From contig RQSC01000028.1 of NCBI GenBank assembly GCA_013416795.1, positions 404,534 to 468,533 of the forward strand: DNA of 64,000 bases, given 5' to 3'. This DNA is from Prasinococcaceae sp. CCMP 1430. Lineage: Eukaryota; Plantae; Prasinodermophyta. Of the stretch, positions 1 through 12,552 are shown in pieces (positions within the stretch are counted from its first letter, which is position 1; the number at the start of each line of letters is the position of its first letter). The notes below the pieces were generated by a model, which was not told where the DNA came from, searched no databases, and saw nothing but the letters and a program-made list of their open reading frames with translations. A program made the translations under genes and the position numbers.

Positions 1-607
1 ATCCCAAGCCGCTGACCGCGCCTGCGATCGACATCGCCTGGTTTGAGTCTTGCGGCGTGAACGTGAACAGGCGGATCAACGAGCTCGCGCGAAACATCAC
101 CTCTGAGCCGGTCAAGATGATAAGCAAGGTACAGCGCGCTGCAGCACCGGCGGCGGCAGCGAGCGACCGCTCCCGTTGCGGCGGTGCCTGCACCCCTGGC
201 GTGCTGCGCTCGCACCTGCGCCCTCGTTTGATGCCACGAGCCCGCTTGCACGTCCCCGCGATCGCGCGCGAACGCTATCCCGACGCGTGGCTGACTGGCC
301 GACGATGCTGGTCGCACACGCGCCGCTCAAGCTGCGCGACCGCGCGACGCATGCGGTAGACAGGCTCGCCGAGACAACGCTGGCGAGCCTGCGCAGGGCG
401 TGTCCGGAGGCGTGGCCAGAGACGCGTGCACGAGAGGCCCTGCCCCCTCCTCTCCGGGAAGCTGCCCTGGCCACGACAGGGGGGGGCGACGGCGGCCGCG
501 GCGGCGGCGGCGGCGCAAGCGCAGCCGCGAGCGCCCCAGCGCCAAGAGGGGCCGTCCGAGCGCGTGACGCGAGCGCCGGCTCAGAGGCAGGCAATACCTT
601 CGGATGA
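1..607 (+). CDS. 3' end of an unidentified gene (exons <1-128 and 332-607)
   Basis: Open frame PKPLTAPAIDIAWFESCGVNVNRRINELARNITSEPVKMISK ends at donor AAG|GTACAG (129); branch CTGAC at ~291, acceptor CAAG at 331; phase-0 join to LRDRATHAVDRLAE...; no family recognised. Confidence 0.45.
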
Positions 608-855
608 GCCGGCGACGTGCGCGCACGGCTGTGCGCGCGCTGTGATCTGCGTCGCGCCCCGCGCGTGTGTGGGGCGGAACTCCCAAACGAGACCGAGTGT
701 AATATGGCAACTGGCGGGCGCGTCCTGCGGACCCGCGCCAACCTTGCGATGAAACGAGCGAGCGCAGCCGCCTGTCCTACACTGCACGCCCAGGAGAGCT
801 CGAGCACGCGAGCCCACGGCCGGCCTGGCTGCGAGTGCTCTCTCTGCGTGCTTCC

Positions 856-1260
856 TCACTGCTGCTTGAGCACCTGCGCGTACGCCTCGAGGTCGGACTT
901 GAGGTCAGAGAGGCGAACCTCCACGACCACGCGCACAGCCGCGCTTTGGACCGTCACGAGCGCATTGGCCGAAAACGCATCCGCCGCCATGTTCGGGTTG
1001 CAGAAGATCTCCAGGTGCGTGCCATCTGAGCCCGTAGCGCTCCAGTCCATGTTCTCGTACCGCGCGAGCGCGTCGCCGCCCTTGGCTTTATCGGAGAACG
1101 CTGCGAGCACCTCACGGAAGGCTGCTCCGAGCGTGCGCGCGTTCCCCTCCTCGAGCGGCAGCGCAACCACCGTCTCGCCGGCGTGCAGCGTGAGCGTCGC
1201 CGAGCGCGCGGGAGCGGACGCAGCGCCCGCCCCCGCCCCCGCGACCTCGGCGCCACCCAC
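856..1260 (-). CDS. Conserved cyanobacterial-type hypothetical protein, probably plastid-targeted; 5' part lost in N-gap
   Basis: Motif LEIFCNPN...AF.A..LVTV....VRVVVEVRLSDLKSDLEAY resembles a small cyanobacterial/algal protein family; reading frame runs into the gap at 1270. Confidence 0.65.
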   Translation of the reverse strand: MGGAEVAGAGAGAASAPARSATLTLHAGETVVALPLEEGNARTLGAAFREVLAAFSDKAKGGDALARYENMDWSATGSDGTHLEIFCNPNMAADAFSANALVTVQSAAVRVVVEVRLSDLKSDLEAYAQVLKQQ

Positions 1261-1269
1261 CGCGGCCGC

Positions 1270-1613
1270 NNNNNNNNNNNNNNNNNNNNNNNNNNNNNNN
1301 NNNNNNNNNNNNNNNNNNNNNNNNNNNNNNNNNNNNNNNNNNNNNNNNNNNNNNNNNNNNNNNNNNNNNNNNNNNNNNNNNNNNNNNNNNNNNNNNNNNN
1401 NNNNNNNNNNNNNNNNNNNNNNNNNNNNNNNNNNNNNNNNNNNNNNNNNNNNNNNNNNNNNNNNNNNNNNNNNNNNNNNNNNNNNNNNNNNNNNNNNNNN
1501 NNNNNNNNNNNNNNNNNNNNNNNNNNNNNNNNNNNNNNNNNNNNNNNNNNNNNNNNNNNNNNNNNNNNNNNNNNNNNNNNNNNNNNNNNNNNNNNNNNNN
1601 NNNNNNNNNNNNN
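1270..1613. other. Assembly gap (344 N)
   Basis: Run of N. Confidence 1.
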
Positions 1614-1888
1614 CGCGCGGGGGCGGGCGCGCCGGGGCCGCGCCACAGGGCGCGCCTCGCGCCGTGCACCTGCCGCGCCGCGCTCAGGGGCGTCGGAAGT
1701 GCACTCCTCCATCGCGCCGAGGCGCCGGGGCGGGCCAAGAGGGGGAGCGGGCAGGAGGGGCTGCTGCTCCCACCGCAGGGCCGCGTACGCGCCTCGCGAC
1801 TTGTGGCGAGCGGCCGGGAGGAGGGGGGGCACAGGAAGAGGGGGCCGACGCAGCAGCGGCCGGCTTCGCGCGGGCTCCTCCGGGTGCC

Positions 1889-2720
1889 ATGGGTGGACCG
1901 ATCGAGTACGTGCCGCAGGGCCCGGACGTGGACGACCACGCGCCCGCGGCGCTCGACCAGCGCTTCGCGCAGCTCGACTCGAAGCGCGGCGCGTGGACAG
2001 GCGTTGCCAAGCCCGGCCGCAACATCCGCGCGCAGCTCGGCACCAACACCGACTTCGCGCCGAGGGGGCACAGGGACAAGAGTGCCGGACCCGCTGCGCC
2101 CTCAGGTGCGCTGAATGCGCGCGCTCGGCCGGTGTTTGTTGGCGCCCGAGCGCCTGAGCGCTTCGATGCACGAGCGCGCGCCCACGGACGACAATATTCG
2201 CTGCGCCTGCTGACGCCCGCACCCCCGTGCCCTGCCGCGGGCGCGCTCCCGCCCGCGCCCGTGCTCGCTGCTGCGCTCGCGCGCGCCCCCCCCAGGTATG
2301 GAGGTGGCCCCGGTGCAAGTCGAGGGCGTCCCCGCCCCGGCCCGCGCCATCGACAAGCAGATTGGCCGCGTGTCCAACCGCAACTGGAAGGCCGAGCAGA
2401 AGCGCCCCGCTCGTGCCGCCTCGGCGGCGCTGGGGAGGAAGCCCACGTGGGAGGAGCGCATGGCGAAGCGCAAGGCTGCCAAGGCGTTCCAGGCGAAGAA
2501 GGCGGAGCTCATCGAAGCGCGGCGTGAGGTGGGGCGCGCGAAGCGGCGCCGCGAGCAGGAGTCGCGTGAGCTCAAGGAGAAGAGGGAGAAGGAGGCGATG
2601 GTCGTGCAGCGCGTGACCAACGCCGCCAAGCTCAAGAACATGAGCCGCAAGGAGAGGCAGAAACTCGTCACCGTCGACGAGGCGCAGGTGATCAATCCCA
2701 AGAGGAGAAGGGGGGAGTGA
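1889..2720 (+). CDS. Cgr1/CCDC86-family nucleolar rRNA-processing protein (exons 1889-2105, 2296-2720)
   Basis: GRVSNRNWK...TWEERMAKRK...VVQRVTNAAKLKNMSRK pattern; intron GTGCG...CCCAG with CTGAC, phase-1 join G|GT ATG. Confidence 0.8.
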
Positions 2721-2787
2721 CAAGCGCGCGGCATCCGGTGCCCCCTGCCGCCCTCCGCGGCGCGCCCGCCCCGCCCTGCGAAGCCCC

Positions 2788-2887
2788 NNNNNNNNNNNNN
2801 NNNNNNNNNNNNNNNNNNNNNNNNNNNNNNNNNNNNNNNNNNNNNNNNNNNNNNNNNNNNNNNNNNNNNNNNNNNNNNNNNNNNNNN
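2788..2887. other. Assembly gap (100 N, probably unknown size)
   Basis: Run of N. Confidence 1.
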
Positions 2888-3433
2888 GCGGCGCGCCGCC
2901 GCCCCGCCCCGCCGCGCGCGACGCCGTGTACCGTATGTACCAATTGGTACATACCTGGTACTCGCCGCCAAAACTCTGTCTGTCTGTGCTGCTGTCAGTC
3001 TGTGTGTGGCCCCAACGGGCGAGCGCCGGCCGGCGTGCGACGCGAAGCGGCGCGCCCCCGGTCGACCCAGATTTTTACCCACACGCGGCGGAGCGCAAGC
3101 GGAAGCGCCACACCAACCAACCGGGCAACTGCTGTGTGTGATCACTGAATGTTGAATGCTCACTGACCGCCGGGCGGGCGCGCGGGTGGGGGGCACGGAC
3201 GGAAGAAAAGGAGGAGGTCAGCAGCCAAAGGGGGGGGGGGGGGCAGGCAGGGAGTCGACACAGTGCACGCGTAGCGCGGCACGGGTGACCTTGGCAATCT
3301 ATTGCGGCGAGCGCGGCCCACAGGGAGCAGTGGCAGGCGACACCTGCGAGCCGAGCCGCGGCCACGTCCCTGGGGTGCGTAGGCCCCTGCACGTCACCAA
3401 GGGCCGAGATTGCTCGCCCACGCCGATGAGGGC

Positions 3434-5044
3434 ATGGTGCGCCAACGCAACGCGTACGACTTCGTGAAGGTGGGCGGCGCGTGGCAGCCGCTCTCTTAAG
3501 CACGCCACGCAGCCTGGACCGCGAGGGCTCCCGCCGGTGCGCGACGCGACGCAGTGCAGCGAGAAATAATCGTTTGCGCGACCCGTCCTGCCCCAACGCC
3601 TGCCTCGCTGACTGATGCGCGCCCCGCCGCCACCGCAAACGCTACCTGATACCGCTGCGCTCGCGCGTGCACGGATGCCATGCACATGCGCGTTGGCGTG
3701 CCCGAATACATGCGCCTACCGTTGTCACCTGAACTCGCTCTCGCACGCGCACAAACAGGTGAAGGTCCTGCTGTGCGCCGATGGCGCTGACGGCGGGGCG
3801 ACGCGTGGGTATGTCCTGTCGCGCTTCCTTCTGTGCCGGCAGCTCACGGCTATTGGCGTCCCGCATGCCAAGGCTGTAAAGATCGCGCTGGAGCTCAAGA
3901 AGCGCCTTGTGGATGAGGGGCGCCTCGAGGTTTCACATGCGGAGATGGAAGCGTGCCTGCTCGAGGTGCGATTCGCCACCGTGGCGTGTGCAGTCGCGAC
4001 AGCCCTCGCTTGATAGATGCTGGTCGGCCCGGTGTTGACTGTGGCGCCCGCCCACTTGCGCACGCCAGGGCTCGGTGCTGACAATCTGTCCCACATGCTA
4101 CACGAATCTGCTCGTGCGTTCTCGCCGCTGGTGCCACCTCGCAACGCGTCGTGCACACGCGGCACTGGCGGCATCGCGCCGCCTGTGCGTTCGATGATGC
4201 ATATCAGCTGTTGTCGGCATGTGGCTTCGGCAGCGCCGAGTATACGGACAACTATCACATGATGGCGCGCTTTCACCATCAACGGACGCCTCTCCTCGTG
4301 GTTGTCTGCGGTGTTCCGTGCACAGGAAAGAGCACACTCGCTGCCAAGCTCGCTCAGACGCTCAATTTCCAGAACGTTCTGCAGCTCGATGCGCTTGCCG
4401 ACGCTTCATCGGGCGATAGTGGCTCTGCTTGGGGGCGTTTGACTTCATTCAATGAGAACATCAGCGGTGCTTCCTCTTCGGCCACGCGAGCCGCTTTCGG
4501 CGAGCTCAAGAAGGCCGTCACTGAGGGCAAATCAGTAATCGTGGACGGCGCGCATGCGCATCCTCGCCTAATCGCCGAGGCTGTGCGGAGCGCCTGCGGG
4601 GCTCCGAAGCAGGCAGCAGCCGGCGCGGCTGGACGTGTAGGCGAGGCGCCTGATCGCGCACGTGCGGAAGACGGTGTCGATTGCACGCCAGGCGAAGCTG
4701 CCGCACCGAGACTGTCTGCCTGCGACGACGATGGGCAGGTCCTCATTGTTAATATTGCCGTGCAGATGGACCGTCAGGCGCACGCCTCACTCTTGCGCGA
4801 GTGGATTTCGAGGCGGCAAGGATGCCTAGCGGAGGGCGAGTTCTGCTCACTGCTGCAGAGCCTGCAAGGGGTGCAGGAGGCGATGTGTGACTACGTTGAG
4901 CGGTCAGGTGGCATCGTCGTGAACATGACCCCAACAACACACGGCCTACAAATGTGCACAGCCACGGTGCAGGCACATGTACTCGGGTTGATAAGAGCGT
5001 TTCTCAAACCTGCCAGCTCGTGCGCTGAACCACACCTTGCATGA
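3434..5044 (+). CDS. LPA1: P-loop NTPase LPA1 homolog (2-phosphoglycerate kinase-like); exons 3434-3469, 3759-3965, 4208-5044
   Basis: YDFVK|VKV, YVLSRFLLCRQLT, AVKIALELKK, YHMMARFHHQRTPL, Walker A GVPCTGKST; both introns GT-AG, phase 0. Confidence 0.9.
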
Positions 5045-5199
5045 TGCTTGGCAAGTTGTACCGCTGCGTAGTAATAGCGAGCTAAGACGCTTCTTACGAA
5101 ATCGTACAGTACCCACTACGCGACAGCCCCCGACAAGGCGCATACACAACGAGCGGAGGGAATTTCTCCATGCCTCAACGTCGCAAGACGTACGGACAC

Positions 5200-8100
5200 T
5201 TACACACCGGGGCCGTAGCTACTTGCGTCCTGGTTCGGCGCACTAGCACCGGAAAGATTCATTTGTGCATCTGCTTGCGGCCGTGCCGAAGGTTGAACAT
5301 GGCCAACCGCCGGCAAAGAAAGGTGTGCTGCGACAGGGCCACCGCCGACGTGTACGTGCACGCCGGGTCCAGTCGAGTGCATCACACCACCGGCTGCTGA
5401 GCCACTGTACTGACCGTACATCAGACCTTGCGGCCGGTGTTGAATCGCTTGCCCGAAGGGCGCGTGGGCCTGAATGACTTGCGCAGACGCACGAAACTCC
5501 GGGTGCGCGCCCTGGGTGTGTCCGGCGTACACACCTGCTTGCATGTGCTGCTGAGTTGAGGCATCTCGACCACCGCCAGTCCCCAGGACCGTCGACGGAG
5601 GCGCCGGCGCGTGCATGTTAGCGGGGGCTCGAACACCGCCCGCACTTCCAGCGCCACCCGAGCTCGACACGTCGCGAGCGTGCATAAATTGCACTCGCGC
5701 ACTGTCCGGGTGCACTGCTCCAAACATTGTGCCTTTCGCTCCCACATCTGGTACAGCATTGAATGCATGGGCACCAGGCAGGACCTGGGGCATTCGCAAC
5801 CCATAGGCGACGCCCATCTGTGGCTGCTGCTGCACAAGCTGCTGATGGTGCTGCACAGTAGCCTGGGTCAAGTCAGGCGCCTGCTGCTGCTGCTGCTGCT
5901 GCAGCAGCTGCTGCCGCTGCTGCTGCCGCTGTGCGTGCTGCGGCGGTTGCTGCTGCGGCTGCGGCTGCATCTGCCGCTGCTGCTGATGGTGATGCTGCTG
6001 CTGCTGATGCACACTGGCCTGCTGCTGCTCAGCCTGCGACAGTCTCTGCGTGCCCTCACCAGGTCGAGACCGCGCAGACTCAGAGCCTCGCGCCGTTGAA
6101 GACACGTCAGCGACCTGGTGCTGATGCATTTTAGCTGCGGAGGGCTGGAGATGGGCTGGGGGGTTCGCGACGCTTCCAAGTCCCGGGCCTCCAAAGAGCG
6201 AGTACGACGCACCGCCAGCCGTGGTACCGAAAGTGCTGGCACTTGTGCCCCCGCCAAATGACGCCCCGAGGCCACCAACGACTCCCCCGAAGAGCGAATA
6301 TCCATAATTCTGCGAAGCAGTACCAGGCTGGAGTTGGGGCATCGCATGCGAGGGCCCTCCGTCCGCATTCATTGGGACATTGGGCGTCGCAGCGTGCGAG
6401 CGGCCCGCCTGGGAGTTGACCTGGGTAGCAGACGGTGGGCCTCGGCCGCCACTGGCCTGCTGGACATGGGCACCACCTGCCATCGCGGCTTGCTGCTTTT
6501 CGGCGGCCTGCAAGGCTGGACCTGCAGATCTGGTACCACTGAGGCGCGCTGCTGGCTCACTGCGGCTCAAGTCCGTGGTGGTGCTCACCGGCATGTCAGC
6601 TGGGACCGTGCGAGCCGGAGCACTCCGTGGGTGCTGCAGTGACGAGAGATCGGTACGCGTCTTCTGCACATCTTGGGCGGCCTGCGAGTGATCAGCGATC
6701 TTCGTCCTGGAGTTTTGCTCCGAACCGGGTTGCCCATGCGAGCCGCCACCGAGATCGTGGCCGGCCGGCATTGTTGCAAGCTTGGTCATCGGCGGCACAG
6801 CTCGCCCACCTGCCTCGAGCGACAGGGGACGAGGCACCCCTTGCTGTTTCGCATGAGCAAGCTGATGCTGAGCGGCGACGTGCCGTGAACTCGTCGCCCC
6901 ACCGAGTGGCGGAACGGACGCTGCGCGGCCTTGGAACTTGCTTCCAGAGATGTCCGGCCCAGCTCGAGGCCCAAAAGCCGGAGGCATGGGTGCGTTGGGG
7001 GGCTTAAGATTGTCACCCGCGGCGTCGGTAACCCTGTTCTTGTTCTTCTTCTTCTTGCCGCGACCGACGGCTTCCCACTCATCCGAGTTGTCAGCAGCGG
7101 TGTGCACCGCGTTTGTCGTAGCCCCGAGGTTCAGCGCACCAATCTTGCTGATTGCTGCCGAAATTTGCGGAGCACTCGCGTGCGCTGGCGCGCCCTCATT
7201 GACCACGGCAGCTGCAGCCCCAGGCGCAGGTGCCTTCACTACCGCTTGAGCAGCGGGCTTGAGCTCTTCTGCGTCCTTCCGCGCCTCGGGAGCCTTCTCG
7301 CTGGCTTTTGCCTGGGCGGCCTCCGCGACCTTCTTTGCCTCAGCCGCAGCCTTCGTCTTCTCTGCCTCGGATTTCGCCAACTCGGCCTCCTTGGCCCGCT
7401 CGGCCTCTGCCTTCGCCCGCTCGGCCTCGGCTTTGGCCCGCTTCTTGTCCTTAGCTTTCTGCTGCTTGCGTTTCTTCTTGTCTTCAGCGGCTTTCTTGGT
7501 GTTCTCCTCCTCTGCCAGGAGCTCAGCGGCTGCAGCCTCAGCAGCAGCCTCGGCTGCTTCCGCTGCCTCGGCAGCGCGCTTGTGCCGACCAGTTTCAGCG
7601 GCACTGGCGGATCCACCGCCCGCTGACCCCGCCTCGACGGAGGCGTCACCGGCATTCCCATCTACGTCACCGCCGTTTTTGGCCTGCTTGCGCTGCTTGA
7701 GCTTCGCTTGAAGGTGGGCACGCGCCGATGACGCACGATCACTTAGTTGCTTGCCCTGAAAAGCTCCGTGATGCCAGACGCCCCATTGCTCCGTCAGGTC
7801 GGGCTTTGTGAGCTTTCCCTGGCCGTGGCGCTTTCCCTCCTTGAACTTGCCTTCGTACACCTCACCTGTGTGGCTCGTGAAAACACCGTGGCCATCTCGA
7901 TGACCGTCTTTGTACTCGCCCTCATACATGTCCCCATTGCCCCAGATCTCAAGACCACGTCCGTGCTTCTTGTCGTTGAGCCAGTCACCGTCGTACGAGC
8001 CGTTGTCGGAATGGTACACCTGCTTGCCGCGGCCCTCCCGGCGACTCGCCCTCCACCCGCCGCTGTACTTGTTGCCATTGGCAAAGATGGCGGTGCCCTC

Positions 8101-10103
8101 ACCCCACCATTTTCCTTTCCGCCACTCGCCCTCGTAAACGCGCCCGTCGGCATAGCGGCAGATGCCGTGGCCCTCCATCTGCCCCTGCACGTACTCACCC
8201 TCGTATACGTCGCCGTTGGGCCAGACCTCACGGCCAAGCCCCTCGCGCCTGTCAGACACCCAGCCGCCCTCGTACGAGCCACCAGCAGCGAAGGTCTCTT
8301 TACCAGTGCCCTCACGACGGTCATCACGCCAGCCGCCATTGTAACGTCCACCGTTCGGGAAGGTGGCAGTGCCCTCGCCCCACCACTTGTCGGCTTTCCA
8401 GTCCCCTGGGAGAGGGGTTTGGGAAGGGGGGAAAGGGGGGGGGGGGGGGGGGCGCATCCCGAGGCGCATGCAAGAGGCACGGTGCACAGGCGCAATGTGC
8501 CAGCGTCGCAGGATGGCACGGGTCGACAGTGCGGACCGTCGTCACAGCGCTTGTCAGCAAGGCGAGCAGCGCGCGCGCTTGCAGAGACGGAACGCAACGC
8601 TCGATGGCATGCAAGTCTCAATTTTGCCGCGGCCGCTGCATCGACGTACCGTTGTAAGTGCGCCCGTCTGCGAAAGTCATCTTGCCATGACCCTCACGCC
8701 TGTCCTCGCAGTAGTTTCCCTCGTAGACTGAACCGTCGGCAAACTCCTGTTTTCCGTGCCCATCGCGCTTGTTGCCCCTCCACCCCCCTGTATACTTGGT
8801 GCCATTTGGGAAGCACGCGAAACCCTGTCCGTCCCACTTCCCATCGCGCCAGTCGCCTTCGTACACCTTGCCGTTTGCGTAATTCTGGCGGCCCCAGCTG
8901 CACTTCTGGCCATTCGACCAGTACCCTTCGTACACGGCGCCGTCCTTGTACCGGTACACACCGTAACCGTGCTATCGCGCCAGCGGCGCCAGCAGAACGC
9001 ACACGCACACAACCAAGGGCAGCCAGACCAGGCGCGCGAGCGACATGTCAGCTGGGGTCTCATGAGCGGCCTTGGAAGGTGGGCGCAAAACGCAAGGTCG
9101 GGCGATCGCGCGGCTGCTCGCGTGCCATACACCCCGCGGAGCGGCCCCTTGATCGCTGCGTCAAGCCCTGCCTGCCCGAACACATGTCGCGGCGAAAAGG
9201 CTCACGTCGAGCGCTCGTGCGCCCCCTACTCGCTTGCGTGGCCGCACCCACGCTTGCACGCGCGCGCGCAACCTGCGCTCCCCCAACACACCCACCCCCC
9301 TTGGATGCGCACGCGATGCAGGCACGTACCGGCCGATTGTCGGCGCAACGCTCTCCATCGTAGCCCGGATAGGAGGGCTCGACCTCGTGGTCCGAAGGCC
9401 CTGCGTCACCGTCCTCCACGGCCGTCGCACCTTCTGCGGCCTCACGCACGGCTTTGCTGTCGCCCCCGGCGCTTGTGCTGGTGCTCTGAGTGTGCGCCGC
9501 AGTCGAGCAGCCACCACCCGGTGCAGCACCGGGCGGCGCGGTGTGACGCTCCACCTGATCTTCGAGGCTGTCGGCGTCGTTGCATTCTGACCCCGAGGCG
9601 CCGGGCCGGAGGCTATCCACAGCGTCCGCCACGATCGCGCAGTTGTCGGCGTGCTCGCCACCTGCCGCGCCTGCAGAGGCGCCCGGAGCGCCGGCAGCGC
9701 CCGCAGATCCACCGCCAGCGGGGGCGCCGTGGGCCGCACCCGCTGTGGCTGCTACGGCCACGTCTGACGCGCCCCCGCCTTGAGCGCCGTGCACCTCAAT
9801 TGCCTGCTGGCCGCCGCCCGCCTTGGCATCGCGCGTGCCAGCCCCCTCACCTGGCCCCGTGCCCGCCCTCGCGCCACGTTCGCGCTCCCACTCGCCGGGT
9901 GCAGCCGAATCGTCGTCGGAGCCCTCGTCGCCCGCGCCGATGTGCGAGAAGCGGCTGTAGTCGCTGCTGTAGCGGGTGCCGGCTGACGCCGACGTGGAAG
10001 AGGGGCGCCCGCCTGGCGCGCCCGCGAAAGAGGACGAAGAGCGGGGCTTCGCGTCGCCGGCACCGCCGCCACCGCCCGCCGCCGGACCTGCAGCCCCGGC
10101 CAT
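5200..10103 (-). CDS. MORN-repeat protein with charged coiled coil and long Q/G/A-rich low-complexity C-terminus; exons 10103-9330, 8971-8650, 8405-5200
   Basis: Roughly 14 Y.G.W...K..G.G MORN repeats continuing across splice junctions (YDGERCADNRP|HGYGVYRY; TYNG|DWK); first in-frame ATG at 10103, upstream 5' UTR exon possible. Confidence 0.85.
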
Positions 10104-10875
10104 CGCTGCCGCCGCCGCTGCGCCGCCACCGGTTGCTTGGGCCAATGGACCCACCGTCGCCGCCGCTGCTGCCACCGGCCGGCGAGCACGGTCACGTGGA
10201 CGGTGCGCGGTGCGGCCTGCGCGGTGCAGGGGGCGGGCGGTCTTGGGAGATGCTCCTCACCCCCCACCCCCACCTCTCCACGCGCCCGGTTCCAGTGCGC
10301 TCCCACCTGCCAGTCGCCCCCAGACCGCGCGTGGCCTGGCGCCCCGCCCGGTGCCGCCGCGCCGCTCCGCTCCGCGGTCGCCGAGGAGCGCGGCGTATCG
10401 GGACGCGGCGCGCCGACGATCGAAACGCTCGCCAAAAAAAAATTAAAAGGTGCGGTGCTCAGCAGCCCAGGGCGGGGGCGCCGCCCGCGGCACGCGTACG
10501 CCCGGGCAAACACCCGCCGCAGCTTGCGATGCGCGGTGCCTCGTGGCGAACTCCGTCGGGCCGCGGGTTTGTGGCCCGGTTCGAGGCCCACGTCAGCCCA
10601 CGACTGGCTGGCGCAGGCACGCGTGGTGCAGGTTGCCGTGGCGAGATGTTGATGTTGAAGGCTTCGGATTCCGCAGAATGCGGTCCGAATTAAAAAAAAG
10701 CGTTCATTTCGAAGACGATGGTGATATGTACCCGGAAATGCAAGGCGCCAAATTCACGCACCTTGGTAGGAGAGTAGTTGTGACTCGCTCCTGATGCCAG
10801 AACGCTCGCGCCGCACGCGCGAGGCGGTGCAGGGCTCAGGCACGGGCGTGGCAAGCGTCGGCGGCTCCGGCGGCG

Positions 10876-12552
10876 ATGCCGCAGCACCACCACCACCAGC
10901 ACCAGCAGGTGGCGGTGGGCGGGGGCGGCCAGGGCGAGTCGGCGCACAAGAACTCGCAGAACCTGATGCCGGACATCGCGCGCGTCGAGCCCGCCGCCGC
11001 CGAGCAGTTCAAGCGCGCCTGGCGGCGGCTCGAGGAGCGGCTGCACGCGGCCACGCCGGCCGTGCGCGGCGTGCGCAGCCCGCCCGCGTTCGTGGTGCCG
11101 CGCGAGATCGTGTGGCTCAACGGCGCCCCCGGCTCGGGGAAGGGCACCAACTCGGCCTTCATCATGCAGGCGCGCGGCTTCACCAGGGCGCCCATCGAGA
11201 TGAGCCACCTGCTGCGCAAGAACCCCGACGCGCAGGACAAGGTCCGCAAGGGCCAGCTGCTCGACGACGAGGACGTGCTCGACTACCTGCTGGAGGCGCT
11301 CTTCGCGCCGAGGGAGGAGCGCGCGGCCGACGCCGCCTCGGGCATGCTGCCCGACGACGGCGGCGAGGCCGGCGTGATCATCGACGGCTTCCCGCGCACG
11401 AGCACGCAGGTGGACCACATCAAGCTGCTGCACGAGAAGCTCGAGGAGCTGCACCAGGAGGCCGTCGCGGCCGACCCGCTGAACGTGCACTTCCCGCGGC
11501 CGATCTTCCGCATCCTGGTGCTGTACGTGAGCGAGGAGGAGAGCGTGCGGCGGCAGCTCGAGCGCGGGCGCAAGGCGGAGTACCACCGCGGGATCCTCAA
11601 GGACGCCAAGCTGGTGCCCGAGGACGGCGGCGCGCCGGGCGGCAGCGCCGCGCTCGGCGTGGAGTACTCGCAGCCGCGCGCCACCGACATGTCGGAGGAG
11701 GCGGCGCGCAAGCGCTACTGCATCTTCCGCGAGCACTACCACACGCTGCTGCGCCTGCGGCGGTACTTCCACTTCACCATGATCAACGCCATGGGCTCGC
11801 TCGCGCAGTGCGAGGCGCAGATCGCGCGCGAGCTGCGCTACCAGTCCAAGCTGGAGCTGCACGCCGAGGTGTACGACCGCGTGACGCGCATCCCGCTGGC
11901 GCAGAGCGTGGTGGAGAACGCGCGCTCGCAGCTGCTCAGCCGCCTCAACAGCTACCGCCACACGCACGCCGAGACCTTCAGCACGGTCATCCGCACCATC
12001 CAGGCGGAGGTGGTGCCCCACATCAAGCGCTGCGCGATCGCGGGCGTCGCCGTGTGGGAGACGACCGACCCGCTGTTCGACGCGCACGACGGCGAGGCCA
12101 TCGACATGGTGCTCGACGTGCTGTCGGAGCGCGGGTACGGGGTGACCTACCGGGAGGTGGAGACGTACATCCCCGACCGCGTGGACCTGGCGACCGGAGA
12201 GATCGCCACGCGCGCGGAGAAGCACCACCTGTTCCGCGTGACCTTCGAGCGGCCCAAGATCCGCACGCACGCGGCGCCGGCGCCCACCGAGGAGGTCCCG
12301 CTGGAGCTGCTGCGCACGGACGAGAGGCTGATGGACGCGTCGGCCAAGATGGTGGTGACGGCGGTGCCGCAGTACGGCGACGAGCAGGAAGGGGGGGGCG
12401 CCCAGGGTGGGGGGGCGCGCAGAGGCAGCGCCCCCGGCGAGCCGTCGTCGTTGGAGGGGGGCGAGGAGGGGAGCAGGGGCGGCGGCGGGGCCGGGTTCCC
12501 TGGCGGCGGCGGCCCTCCCCCGGCGCCGCCGGCCAGGCCGACGCAGCAATAG
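10876..12552 (+). CDS. Adenylate kinase-like protein (long, PVC/protist-type family), intronless
   Basis: IVWLNGAPGSGKGTN P-loop, IIDGFPRT motif; 558-aa single ORF with almost all third positions G/C. Confidence 0.85.
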   Translation: MPQHHHHQHQQVAVGGGGQGESAHKNSQNLMPDIARVEPAAAEQFKRAWRRLEERLHAATPAVRGVRSPPAFVVPREIVWLNGAPGSGKGTNSAFIMQARGFTRAPIEMSHLLRKNPDAQDKVRKGQLLDDEDVLDYLLEALFAPREERAADAASGMLPDDGGEAGVIIDGFPRTSTQVDHIKLLHEKLEELHQEAVAADPLNVHFPRPIFRILVLYVSEEESVRRQLERGRKAEYHRGILKDAKLVPEDGGAPGGSAALGVEYSQPRATDMSEEAARKRYCIFREHYHTLLRLRRYFHFTMINAMGSLAQCEAQIARELRYQSKLELHAEVYDRVTRIPLAQSVVENARSQLLSRLNSYRHTHAETFSTVIRTIQAEVVPHIKRCAIAGVAVWETTDPLFDAHDGEAIDMVLDVLSERGYGVTYREVETYIPDRVDLATGEIATRAEKHHLFRVTFERPKIRTHAAPAPTEEVPLELLRTDERLMDASAKMVVTAVPQYGDEQEGGGAQGGGARRGSAPGEPSSLEGGEEGSRGGGGAGFPGGGGPPPAPPARPTQQ

